From an uncultured Pseudomonadales bacterium (GTDB lineage Bacteria > Patescibacteriota > Microgenomatia > UBA1400 > PJMF01), in contig CAYMSV010000003.1 in assembly GCA_964393205.1 (NCBI GenBank), positions 98,608 through 162,607 of the forward strand: DNA of 64,000 nucleotides. Reading direction: 5' to 3'. The position numbers and the translations under genes are program-made. The notes below the pieces were generated by a model. The model was given only the letters and a program-made list of their open reading frames with translations. It had not been told where the DNA came from and ran no database searches. Positions 1 to 9,366 of the stretch are shown piece by piece (position 1 is the stretch's first letter; each line of letters starts with the position of its first letter).

Positions 1-572
1 ACTAAAAGTTTTTTAGCTTTCTTAGCGCCCCAGGCAGTATTGGAGGACTTACCTTTAATTTCCCCAGGAATATCTGGATGCTTAGTTGACCAAAGGTGCC
101 CAAAAACGTTAGCAAACTTATCTTTTAATATTTTTGCTTTCTTGTCTGCTTCACTACCTTCTCGTTCTTCAAAAGAAAGCATGATATGAATATTTTTTGG
201 AGGAAAACTTTGTTTACTGAGTCCTGATAAGGTATTTTCTAAAGTGGATAAAGGTTCTTGGAAGGTAGGAATGATAATCAGGTGGTGGATTTCTCGCCAG
301 CGCTTTGGAAACTGTTTCTTAAGTTTAGATAAGACATCATTTTTACTATTTTTTTTCACTTTAATTTGAGCTATGGTGGCAAAAATAGCCAAATTAATTG
401 ACCTATAAAGCCAGTAAACAGCAAAGATTATCACATAATAAGCCACAAATTTTGGAATTATGAAGGAACCCCAAATGGGAAATAGAATCCAAAACCAAGA
501 AAAAAGTCCAGGTAAAATTTCTAGTGCTCGTTGAGTACGAATTGGATGGCGGCGAAAATATCTTTTAATCAT
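1..572 (-). CDS. Membrane glycosyltransferase family 2 protein, runs off the window edge (C-terminus missing)
   Basis: Manual translation from ATG at 572: MIKRYFRRHPIRTQRALEILPG, two TM helices, then HHLIIIPTFQEP (GT2 first strand) and HPDIPGEIKGKSSNTAW. Overlaps the tatD stop. Confidence 0.8.
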   Translation of the reverse strand, partial: MIKRYFRRHPIRTQRALEILPGLFSWFWILFPIWGSFIIPKFVAYYVIIFAVYWLYRSINLAIFATIAQIKVKKNSKNDVLSKLKKQFPKRWREIHHLIIIPTFQEPLSTLENTLSGLSKQSFPPKNIHIMLSFEEREGSEADKKAKILKDKFANVFGHLWSTKHPDIPGEIKGKSSNTAWGAKKAKKLL

Positions 573-1452
573 TATTTTTTTCTGAATTACTTGGCAAATT
601 AAAAGCGGCTAAAGAATTTTGATAAATTTGATCCAAATTTGCTTTTAAGTTAATTTTAACAAAATTAGCAAGGTGACTTATCATTTTTGGTTGGCAAATT
701 TGACCACGATAAGGTACTGGTGCTAAATATGGAGCATCGGTTTCTAGCAAAATTTTATCAGCTTTTTCTCTTTGAATTAATTGAAACATTTCTCTTAAAT
801 TTTTAGCGTTTTTAAAAGTTAAATTACCATCAAAACCAAAATAACTATTTTCAATAGTCATAGCTTCTTTAATGTAATCAATAGGACCTGACAAACAATG
901 AAAGATAATGTTTTCTTTAGCTGGCCAGTATTCCTTTAAAATTTCTAAGATGCGCCAATAGCCCTCTTCACCTTGATCACGAGCATGAATAATAAGTGTT
1001 TTTTTCTTTTTTATGGCTAATTTAATATGCTCAATAAATAGTTTTTCTTGAGCTTGTTTAATGTTTTGTAGCTTATTTAAATCATCTTTTTTTGAAAAAT
1101 GAAAAAAATCTAAGCCAGTTTCACCAATTGCTATTACACTTTTTTCTTCAGCTAATTGCTCAATAGTAGCAATCGCTTTCTTAAGCGCTATCTTTTCCAC
1201 TCGAAGTGGATGAACAGCAACACTGGCATATAGATTTTGATCTTTTTTAGCAATTTCTACAGCTAATTGACTGCTGTTTAGACCAGCTCCTGGAATTAAA
1301 GTTTTTTGAATATCGTTATTTTGTGCTTCTAGCCAATGGTCCTGCCAGTTTTTTTTAAGAAGTGAGTCGTTTTTATCTATTTTAAAACAAAAAGCTTGAC
1401 CACTATATAAGGGCTCTAGGTTGTAGTGGCAATGAGTGTCAAAAATTGGCAT
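565..1452 (-). CDS. tatD: TatD family DNase
   Basis: DTHCH, AVHP, AIGETGLD, IIHAR, IFHC and LLETDAPYLAP motifs. Confidence 0.95.
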   Translation of the reverse strand: MPIFDTHCHYNLEPLYSGQAFCFKIDKNDSLLKKNWQDHWLEAQNNDIQKTLIPGAGLNSSQLAVEIAKKDQNLYASVAVHPLRVEKIALKKAIATIEQLAEEKSVIAIGETGLDFFHFSKKDDLNKLQNIKQAQEKLFIEHIKLAIKKKKTLIIHARDQGEEGYWRILEILKEYWPAKENIIFHCLSGPIDYIKEAMTIENSYFGFDGNLTFKNAKNLREMFQLIQREKADKILLETDAPYLAPVPYRGQICQPKMISHLANFVKINLKANLDQIYQNSLAAFNLPSNSEKNND

Positions 1453-2870
1453 TATTTTATTCTGGTAAAGAGACCTTGTTCGAAAGCTCGTATTTTTTGC
1501 TGGTTGAATCTATCATTGATTATTTTAGTTGTTGAAGGCATAAAAACTTGTAAAGCTAAATTAAAATCCAACAGTTTTTGAATAGCTTTAATTAAAATTT
1601 CTTCTTTTTTACTTCCTTCAATTGACCAGGGTTTTTCTAAAGCTAAATATTGGTCAATTTCGCTCAATCCTTGGTCGATAATATTCAAAGCTTGAGTTAT
1701 ATCTTTATTGTCCATAGTTTTTGCAAAACCAGTGGGTAATTTAGCATGATAATCGATACTTAATTCTGCTGAATTTGCCATCTTAGCTAGTCGTGAACAG
1801 AGATTCCCCAGTCCATTAGCTAAAAAAGCATTAAAAGTGGTATCAAATTTTTGCCAACTAACATCCATGTCCTCTCCAAAAACACCTAATTTAATTAATA
1901 AATATCGGGTAGCATCTGTACCGTAGTGCTCAATCATGTCACTAGGACTAATGACGTTACCCAATGATTTGCTCATTTTTTGACCATCAACTCCAATAAA
2001 ACCATTGATAAGAATTTGTTGAGAGTTGGGTAGGTCGGCGGAGAGTAACATAGCCTGCCACATCGCTGCTTGTTGACGTAAATTATCTTTACCAGCTACT
2101 TGAACACCTGGCCAAAACTGTTGAAATTTGTCTAAATTATCTGGCCAGCCTAGGGTAGAAACATAGTTAACTAAGGCGTCAAACCAAACGTACATGACGT
2201 GTTCATCGTCTCCTGGAACCGGCACACCCCAAGACATATTCTTCTTTAATCTAGAGATGCTAAAATCTTCTAAACCAGCTTCAACAAAGGATTTTATTTC
2301 TTTAAGTCGAGAACTTGGTTTAACAAAATCATTTTGAGAAGCATAAAGTTTCAGCAAATCTTTTTGATATCGACTAAAACGAAAAAAATAATTTTCTTCT
2401 TCTCGCAGTTCTAATTCTTGTTTAGGATGCAGGGGGCAGCGACCACCTACTAGCTCACTAGCTGTTTTAGCTAATTCACAACCAACACAATATTGGATTG
2501 GATAAGTAGCCTTATAAATGTCGCCTTTTGCATAACAGCGTTGCCAAAAATTTTGGGCAGCAGCCATGTGTTTGGGATTAGTAGTACGAATGAAATGATT
2601 GCTGCTTAAATCTAATTGTTCTTTTAAATCTTGGAATTGTTTACTTTGTTGATCACAGAAGTTTTGAGGGTCTAGATTGGCTTTTTGAGCTTGATTGATA
2701 ATTTTCTGCCCATGTTCATCGGTACCGGTGTTAAAAACTACTTCTTGATTAAGAATTTCTCGATGGTAACGAGCGATTACATCAGCGGCTACAATTTCCA
2801 GAGCAAAACCGATATGAGGTTTTGCATTAACATAAGGCAAAGTAGTAGTAATATAAAAAGTTTGACTCAT
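1452..2870 (-). CDS. metG: Methionine--tRNA ligase (short form, one Zn knuckle, no C-terminal appended domain)
   Basis: LPYVNAKPHIG, GTDEHGQK, YVWFDAL and KMSKS motifs. ATG at 2870 preferred because an extended -10 lies at 2881-2889. Confidence 0.97.
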   Translation of the reverse strand: MSQTFYITTTLPYVNAKPHIGFALEIVAADVIARYHREILNQEVVFNTGTDEHGQKIINQAQKANLDPQNFCDQQSKQFQDLKEQLDLSSNHFIRTTNPKHMAAAQNFWQRCYAKGDIYKATYPIQYCVGCELAKTASELVGGRCPLHPKQELELREEENYFFRFSRYQKDLLKLYASQNDFVKPSSRLKEIKSFVEAGLEDFSISRLKKNMSWGVPVPGDDEHVMYVWFDALVNYVSTLGWPDNLDKFQQFWPGVQVAGKDNLRQQAAMWQAMLLSADLPNSQQILINGFIGVDGQKMSKSLGNVISPSDMIEHYGTDATRYLLIKLGVFGEDMDVSWQKFDTTFNAFLANGLGNLCSRLAKMANSAELSIDYHAKLPTGFAKTMDNKDITQALNIIDQGLSEIDQYLALEKPWSIEGSKKEEILIKAIQKLLDFNLALQVFMPSTTKIINDRFNQQKIRAFEQGLFTRIK

Positions 2871-2880
2871 AGGACCCCCC

Positions 2881-2889
2881 ATTATAACA
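2881..2889 (-). promoter_or_regulatory. Extended -10 promoter of metG (TGTTATAAT)
   Basis: Perfect TGnTATAAT on the minus strand, 10 nt upstream of the ATG at 2870. Confidence 0.6.
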
Positions 2890-3289
2890 GTCTTTTCTCG
2901 ATCTGGTTAATGATTAACCAGATCAATGGTGCTGTTGCCAAAATGATAAATAAATAATAATTAAAATTTAAGTTTTGTAAATAAATAAACAACAGTATTA
3001 CTAGATTAAAAGCTATGCAAAAAGCTAGGCGTTGCTTAATAAATACAAACTTTAAAAGAAAAAAACTGGTAAAAAATATTAAAAACAAAAAGGGCAAATA
3101 AGAGTTGGGCAAAATAATGTTTGCAATGTCGTTGGGAGAACTGTAAAACATTAGTGAAATTAATAAAACAAGACTTAATAATCCTAAAAAAAAGTCGATT
3201 ATTGGACGTTCTTTTTTTATTTTAATTGCTTTTTCTTTTTTTAATCTTGATTTGCCTCGGTTTTTTTTTAGAGCTTGGGTAGTCTTCAT
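2882..3289 (-). CDS. Hypothetical membrane protein (about 4 TM)
   Basis: Lys-rich N-terminus followed by four hydrophobic segments. Confidence 0.75.
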   Translation of the reverse strand: MKTTQALKKNRGKSRLKKEKAIKIKKERPIIDFFLGLLSLVLLISLMFYSSPNDIANIILPNSYLPFLFLIFFTSFFLLKFVFIKQRLAFCIAFNLVILLFIYLQNLNFNYYLFIILATAPLIWLIINQIEKRLL

Positions 3290-3295
3290 AGTTCT

Positions 3296-3303
3296 AGTAT
3301 ACT
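3296..3303. promoter_or_regulatory. Bidirectional -10 (palindrome AGTATACT gives TATACT on both strands)
   Basis: Lies in the 22-bp gap between divergent genes: 6 nt from the minus-strand ATG (3289) and 8 nt from the plus-strand ATG (3312). Confidence 0.55.
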
Positions 3304-3311
3304 GAAACTAT

Positions 3312-4436
3312 ATGAATCTTGTCATTATTATTTCTTTAATTTTACTAATTATTCTTGTTTCTTTTTTAGTCTATTTTTTGTTAAAAAAGCAAGCTAACTT
3401 GATAGAAGAAGACCAGGTTTTAGATGAAAAATTAGAAACGGCTGTCAATAAGGTCTTTGGAATGACGGCTAATAAAATTGCAGAACAAAGCAAAAACATA
3501 TTACAAAGTGAACAAAACCTATTAAAAACTGATTTGGCTAATAAGCAAGCTACTATTGAAAAGCTGGTTAAACAATTGCAGGAAGATTTAAATCAGAAAC
3601 AAAAAGAAATAAGAGAAATTGAAAAGAAGCAAATTGATAAAATTAGTGGTGTTACTACGGCCATTGAAGATCATCGTAATCTGACTAAAGAACTCAAGGT
3701 CTCAACAGATAAGTTAACTAGCATGATTAGTAATAATCAAAAGCGTGGAGCTTGGGGAGAGCGAATTATTGAAGATTTACTACAAGCCAGCGGTTTTCAA
3801 GAAGGACAACACTATCTGCGCCAAAGTAAACAAAAAGGCTCTAATTTGAAACCGGACATTACACTTTTATTGCCAGATAATAGAAATGTGCCAGTTGATG
3901 TTAAGTTTCCTTATGCAGCTGTTCAGCAAATGTCTAATACAGAAAGTCAGTCTGAAAAAAAGACTTATATGCAGCAGTTTGGCAGAGATTTAAAGGCTAA
4001 AATTGATAAAGTAGCAGAGTATATTTCTCCAGAAAGCAATACTCTAGATTACGCAATTTTATTTGTGCCAAATGAAATGTTGTTTTCTTTCATCAATCAA
4101 AAATTTTCAGAGATTATTGACGAAGCCTTAAGTAAAAAAGTAATTCTTTGCTCACCCTTTACCTTTTTGGTAGTGGCAAGAACAGTCATGGAAAGTTATC
4201 GCAATTTTATGGTGGGTAAAAAAATTCAAGAAGTTATTAAGCAAGTCGATGCTTTTAGTAATGAGTGGGTCAGGTTTGATGAAGAGTTTCAAAAATTTGG
4301 ACGCAGTATCACTAGTTTACAAAACAACTACAACACTTTAACAACTACTCGTAAAAAACAAATGGAAAAAAGAATCGATAAAATTGAGGAATATCGTTCT
4401 GGATCTGGACAATTATTAACTGAGGGAAAAAACTAA
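3312..4436 (+). CDS. rmuC: DNA recombination protein RmuC
   Basis: N-terminal TM and coiled coil, RGAWGE, PD...VDVKFP nuclease-like motif, TLDYAILFVPNE. Confidence 0.92.
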   Translation: MNLVIIISLILLIILVSFLVYFLLKKQANLIEEDQVLDEKLETAVNKVFGMTANKIAEQSKNILQSEQNLLKTDLANKQATIEKLVKQLQEDLNQKQKEIREIEKKQIDKISGVTTAIEDHRNLTKELKVSTDKLTSMISNNQKRGAWGERIIEDLLQASGFQEGQHYLRQSKQKGSNLKPDITLLLPDNRNVPVDVKFPYAAVQQMSNTESQSEKKTYMQQFGRDLKAKIDKVAEYISPESNTLDYAILFVPNEMLFSFINQKFSEIIDEALSKKVILCSPFTFLVVARTVMESYRNFMVGKKIQEVIKQVDAFSNEWVRFDEEFQKFGRSITSLQNNYNTLTTTRKKQMEKRIDKIEEYRSGSGQLLTEGKN

Positions 4437-5536
4437 TTCTTTTTTAGTTCTCTATTAAAAAAACTAATATCCCTATTAATGGCTGTTTGCCAATTTGGCC
4501 TTAGATTGTGATCAGCGTCTTCGTAGCGATAATAATCATAAGTAATAGGTGTTTCATCTAAGTCAGATCGCCTTTGATTTTCAGCCTCTAATTTTTTAAT
4601 AAAATCCTCAGACCAGTCAATGGGTGCTTCTAGATCTTTAGCTCCGTGATGTATTTGTAACGGTCCTTGGAGTGCATCCAAGTGATGGGTTAAAGAAAAA
4701 TCAAAGACATCATAATCCTTTTCGAAAATACTTAAATATTTACGCATTTCTTTACCCTCGTCTGAATGTTCATCACTGTAGAAAAGAATTGAATAAGGAA
4801 ACGGAGCAGTGACTGGTGCCCAGAGTGTGCTTGGAATACTTTCTTGTAGAATTTCCAAAGCAGTCAGAGTAATTTGACCACCATTGCTATGAGCCCAAAT
4901 GCCGATTTCTTGGGGCTGAATCTTAATTTTTTGAATACTGCTGCCCAATTCTTCTGGAACAATAATTTCTGGATAAGTTTTTAATGTGTTAAGTAGATCA
5001 ATAACATTAATTGGCTTAATAAATCGAGCCTCCCAAGTATCAGTTAAATCGTCATCGCTTTGACCGTAACCTAAAAAATCTGGAGCCAAAGTTAGATAGC
5101 CTGCTTGAGCAAAAGCTTGAGCTGCATTTTTTGTACCCAAGCCAATGTAATAATTATCTATTGGAGCCCAACCTCTCAATAAAATAATTGTTGCTAATTC
5201 AATGGTGCTACCTTGTTCTAATTGTTCTTGAGGATAAGCAATGTTAAGAGCACCAGAAATATTTTTACCCTGACTGTGATAATTGAAAATAAATTTTTCT
5301 GTTTGATTTTCACTAGCTAAGACACCGGTTATTGTAATGGCTTGTCTAGTGGGAAAATTTTGTTTTTGCAAGTTTCTGATAGTATATGCTTGTAGGGCTA
5401 GTTTTTGAGAGAATTCAGTTTTTTTGATAAAGGGATTAATTAAGTTATTAGAAAAAATTTCCTGAGAGAGAAAAAAACCCAATAAAGCACCCAATAGACT
5501 TATCAGTGTAATAAAAATAATCTTTTTAAGTTTCAT
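4433..5536 (-). CDS. Membrane-anchored alpha/beta hydrolase (S9-like peptidase/esterase)
   Basis: N-terminal TM, PDFLGYGQSD, nucleophile elbow WAHSNGG, IHHGAKD, DADHNL. Confidence 0.85.
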   Translation of the reverse strand: MKLKKIIFITLISLLGALLGFFLSQEIFSNNLINPFIKKTEFSQKLALQAYTIRNLQKQNFPTRQAITITGVLASENQTEKFIFNYHSQGKNISGALNIAYPQEQLEQGSTIELATIILLRGWAPIDNYYIGLGTKNAAQAFAQAGYLTLAPDFLGYGQSDDDLTDTWEARFIKPINVIDLLNTLKTYPEIIVPEELGSSIQKIKIQPQEIGIWAHSNGGQITLTALEILQESIPSTLWAPVTAPFPYSILFYSDEHSDEGKEMRKYLSIFEKDYDVFDFSLTHHLDALQGPLQIHHGAKDLEAPIDWSEDFIKKLEAENQRRSDLDETPITYDYYRYEDADHNLRPNWQTAINRDISFFNRELKKN

Positions 5537-5739
5537 AGGTCAAGTGATCGTCTTAATTCCTCTTCTGAAGAACAATCGGAAAGAGTAGCGTAGACAAGCT
5601 CTAAAGCTATCGGATACAAAACATTAAGTTTTTTACTCAATTCATTTGCTAAACTTTTTATTTTTGCTAAACTTATCATGAAATTTGTTTCCTCTTCGAT
5701 CAGTCCATTTTCTTTGATTATGCCTTCTTTTTTCATCAT
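5533..5739 (-). CDS. Small hypothetical protein
   Basis: 68-aa ORF, AAGGA SD upstream, 4-nt ATGA overlap with the hydrolase start. Confidence 0.5.
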   Translation of the reverse strand: MMKKEGIIKENGLIEEETNFMISLAKIKSLANELSKKLNVLYPIALELVYATLSDCSSEEELRRSLDL

Positions 5740-5804
5740 TTGTTTCCTTTGTTTTTAATTTCTTAAGCAAAAAAGTTCAATTTAGCTTTATAATAAAGCA
5801 GTTT

Positions 5805-7226
5805 ATGTCAAAATCAACTCCATCTCGAATTACTATAAGTAAGGCTCCTGATCATCTTGGAAAAACAGTAAAGTTAGCTGGCTGGGTTGCCAATAAACGT
5901 GACCACTCTAAAGTTACCTTTGTAGATTTACGTGATGAATCAGGATTAATTCAATGTGTTGGAGTTAAGGGTAAATTAAAAGACTTAACAAGTGAAACAG
6001 TGGTGGAGTTAGTTGGACAAATTAATAAAAGACCAGAAAATCTAATTAATAAGGACATGCTTACTGGTGAAATAGAATTATTTGTGGAGGATTATCGGAT
6101 TTTAAATAAGAGTTTAGAGTTGCCAATAAGCGTCGAAGGTGATGGATTAGAAATCAATGAAGAAGTTCGTTTAAAATATCGTTATTTGGACTTGCGTCGT
6201 CAACGTTTACAAAAAAATTTACGCCTAAAATCTAAGCTTGTGAATGCTTTTCGCCAAAAACTTTTAGATCAAGATTTTGTAGAAATAGAAACCCCTATGC
6301 TAACTAAGTCAACTAAAGAAGGGGCTCGAGACTTTATTGTTCCATCTCGTTTTCAACCAGGAAAATTCTATGCACTGCCTCAGAGTCCTCAACAATATAA
6401 GCAGTTATTAATGGCAGCTGGTTTTGAAAAATACTTTCAGCTTGCTCGCTGTATCCGTGATGAAGATTTGAGAGCTGATCGAGGTTTTGAATTTACCCAA
6501 CTAGATATTGAAATGAGCTTTGTTTCTCAAACAGAAATTATGAAAATTTTAGAGAATTTAGTGAAAGATGTTTGTGGTCAGTTGGGGGTTAAAATTAAAG
6601 ATCAAAGCTTCCCAAGAGTTAATTACCAGGAGGCAATGGATAAATATGGAGCGGATCGTTTTGACTTACGTAGCGAAAAAGATAAAGAAGAAGGTGTTTT
6701 AGCCTTTGCCTGGGTAGTTAATTTTCCTTTTTTCAAAAAGGTTGACAAAAGTGATCAAGCCGAGGTTAGGGATGGTAAGAGTGGTTGGACCTTTACTCAC
6801 AATCCCTTTTCTAGTCCAATCTCTGATCATATTGAGGCACATTTGGCCGGCAAGCAAACAGAAAAAATCACAGCTACTCAATACGATCTAGTTTGTAATG
6901 GATATGAAGTGGGAGGAGGAAGCTTACGGGCCCATCAGCCAGAAGTTTTGCGAGCTACTTTCAAAACTATGGGTTACACTGACAAAGAAATAGAAGAGAG
7001 TGTAGGTCACATGTTGAGAGCTTTTGAATTAGGCACACCTCCTCATGGAGGTATTGCTTTTGGCATTGATCGTTTATTAATGTTAATGACGGGCGAAGAA
7101 AACTTAAGAGAAACTATAGCTTTTCCTATGACTTCAAGTGGTAGAACTAGCATTATGGAGGCTCCTAGCAGCGTTAGTGATGAGCAATTAGCTGAATTAA
7201 AATTGAGCGTGACAGCAGATGAGTAA
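5805..7226 (+). CDS. aspS: Aspartate--tRNA ligase, bacterial type lacking the GAD insertion domain
   Basis: OB-fold start (GWV..RDH..FVDLRD), RLKYRYLDLR, EGARDF, LPQSPQ, RDEDLRADR, PPHGGIAFGIDR. Confidence 0.96.
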   Translation: MSKSTPSRITISKAPDHLGKTVKLAGWVANKRDHSKVTFVDLRDESGLIQCVGVKGKLKDLTSETVVELVGQINKRPENLINKDMLTGEIELFVEDYRILNKSLELPISVEGDGLEINEEVRLKYRYLDLRRQRLQKNLRLKSKLVNAFRQKLLDQDFVEIETPMLTKSTKEGARDFIVPSRFQPGKFYALPQSPQQYKQLLMAAGFEKYFQLARCIRDEDLRADRGFEFTQLDIEMSFVSQTEIMKILENLVKDVCGQLGVKIKDQSFPRVNYQEAMDKYGADRFDLRSEKDKEEGVLAFAWVVNFPFFKKVDKSDQAEVRDGKSGWTFTHNPFSSPISDHIEAHLAGKQTEKITATQYDLVCNGYEVGGGSLRAHQPEVLRATFKTMGYTDKEIEESVGHMLRAFELGTPPHGGIAFGIDRLLMLMTGEENLRETIAFPMTSSGRTSIMEAPSSVSDEQLAELKLSVTADE

Positions 7227-7244
7227 TCAAGTTAGAATTGAGGA

Positions 7245-8210
7245 GTGAAGTCTAAATCTTGGTCATCTCTTTTATTTGTTTTGATTATTCTATCTTTGTT
7301 TTGTACTTTATTTCTAATTTTTTATCCAAGTAAAAGCATTGAAAAACAAGCTATCTATTTACGACCCTTAGGTTTAATACCAATTTATAAAAATTTAGAT
7401 ATTAATCAAGATTATCTTTGGGAAAATTTGTCTTTAACGGCAGAAAGTGCTTACGCCTTTGATATAGAGAGCGGCACCCTATTATACGAAAAAAATTCAC
7501 GATCAAAATTGTATCCAGCCTCAACTATTAAAATGTTAACTGCTCTAGTGGCTATCGATTATTATCAACTAGATGATTTTTTAAGTGTTGATTCGGAAAC
7601 AGAGATTCTTGGTAATAGGATTAATTTGCAAAATGGTGAGCGATTTATGGCTAAGGATTTGTTAGCAGCACTATTAGTTTCTTCTGCTAATGACAGCGCC
7701 TATGTTTTGGCTAATAATTATCCGGGGGGTTTAGAGGGTTTTGTATTAGCCATGAATCAAAAGGCTAAAGAACTTAATTTAGAAGATAGTTTTTTTAGCA
7801 ATCCTGCTGGTTTAGATGAATTTGGACAATTAAGTAGTGCTAGAGATCTTAATATTTTGGCCAGAGAATTATTAAAAAATAATTTTTTACGAGAACTGGT
7901 CTCAACTTCTTATATGGAAATTAATTCTTTTGGTGGGAATGGTATTGAGCAAAAAAACTCTTTTTACCAGTTATTTAACACTAATCAGCTCTTGGGAAGA
8001 TTAAATGGAGTGAGTGGAGTAAAAACAGGAACCACTGATCTGGCTGGTGAGGTTTTAGTGACCTTAGTTAGACGTAATGGTAAGGAAATTTTAATCAGTT
8101 TAATGAACAGTCAAGATCGTTATGAAGATACTCAAAAGCTATTGGCTTGGATATTTAATACCTATCAATTTATTAACCCTAAAGAAGATTTAACAGTGAT
8201 GGCCTTTTAA
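7245..8210 (+). CDS. D-alanyl-D-alanine carboxypeptidase (peptidase S11)
   Basis: SxxK (ASTIK), SxN (SAN) and KTG (KTGTT) motifs, N-terminal TM. Confidence 0.92.
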   Translation: MKSKSWSSLLFVLIILSLFCTLFLIFYPSKSIEKQAIYLRPLGLIPIYKNLDINQDYLWENLSLTAESAYAFDIESGTLLYEKNSRSKLYPASTIKMLTALVAIDYYQLDDFLSVDSETEILGNRINLQNGERFMAKDLLAALLVSSANDSAYVLANNYPGGLEGFVLAMNQKAKELNLEDSFFSNPAGLDEFGQLSSARDLNILARELLKNNFLRELVSTSYMEINSFGGNGIEQKNSFYQLFNTNQLLGRLNGVSGVKTGTTDLAGEVLVTLVRRNGKEILISLMNSQDRYEDTQKLLAWIFNTYQFINPKEDLTVMAF

Positions 8211-8257
8211 AAGCTTGAATCCTCTGGCAGAAGCCATTATACTAATAAGTGAATTTT

Positions 8258-9364
8258 ATGTCAGATCAATTAATCAATAAAACAAAAAACACTAGTGTTG
8301 AGCCTAGCTTAAGTAATATTAACTATTTTAGTAGAGTAGGTCTAAAAATTTTAATAATTGCTTTAGTAGCTTTAATGGTAGGTAGAATTTTATGGAATCT
8401 TTTTGTTGATTATTGGAAGAGAACACATCCTCCTGGACCTCCTCCTCCAACAGTAGGTTTTGGTATTTTACCTAATTTAAATTTTCCAGATCAAGATGAT
8501 GAAGAAAAACCCAAAGAATATATTTTAGAAATGGCAGGCTCTCTGAATGATTCTGTTGATCAAATAAAAGTTTTTTTTATGCCTAAGCCGGCAGTTAGTT
8601 TGTTAACCGATCAGAAAGTTAAGGAAATAGCAGCCAAATATGGTTTTATTTTTTCTCCAGAAATTATTTCTGGCGAACTTTATCGTTTTACTAAAACCCA
8701 GCCCATTGATATGAGTATGGAAATTGATGCTGCTTTTTTAACTTTTTCTATTAGTAGCAATTATTTAACTAAACCAGAATTATTAATGACTGGTGGTAAT
8801 CGCAAATTACCTGAAGAATTTGAGGCCAGTGATAGGGTTAAAAAATTTCTAGCTGATGGAGGCTTGATGCCAAAAGATGTGGCTACTAGTTCTGGAAAAA
8901 TCACTTATAAAAAATCTTTGGGGGGAGAACTTAGTTCTGCCTATTCTTTATCTGATGCAGATTTTGTTCAAGTAGATTTAAATCGAGCGCCTATTGATGA
9001 TCTTTATGTCATTTATACTCCCAGTGGTGAAAAGGGAGTAATTTCAGCAATTATTACTGGAGCTCTTAGTGGCAATAATTCTCTTGTGGAAATAGATTAT
9101 AACTATCATGAAGTTGACTACACCACCTTTGAAACTTATCCATTAAGAGGTGTTAGATCAGCTTGGAAAATGGTTCAGTCAGGAGAAGCTTATGTTGCTA
9201 GTGGACAAAATTTAGAAAGAGCAGTGATTCGTGAAGTTGAATTAGCTTATTATGATGATTTTACATATCAGCCGTTTTTGCAGGCAGTTTATGTTTTTAA
9301 GGGTGATGATAATTTTTTAGCTTTTGTAAATGCTATTCACCCCAACTATTTGGAGAGAAAATAA
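8258..9364 (+). CDS. Hypothetical bitopic membrane protein with Pro-rich linker
   Basis: One TM, HPPGPPPPTVGFG linker, large extracellular alpha/beta region. GTG at 8249 is an alternative start. Confidence 0.8.
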   Translation: MSDQLINKTKNTSVEPSLSNINYFSRVGLKILIIALVALMVGRILWNLFVDYWKRTHPPGPPPPTVGFGILPNLNFPDQDDEEKPKEYILEMAGSLNDSVDQIKVFFMPKPAVSLLTDQKVKEIAAKYGFIFSPEIISGELYRFTKTQPIDMSMEIDAAFLTFSISSNYLTKPELLMTGGNRKLPEEFEASDRVKKFLADGGLMPKDVATSSGKITYKKSLGGELSSAYSLSDADFVQVDLNRAPIDDLYVIYTPSGEKGVISAIITGALSGNNSLVEIDYNYHEVDYTTFETYPLRGVRSAWKMVQSGEAYVASGQNLERAVIREVELAYYDDFTYQPFLQAVYVFKGDDNFLAFVNAIHPNYLERK

Positions 9365-9366
9365 TT

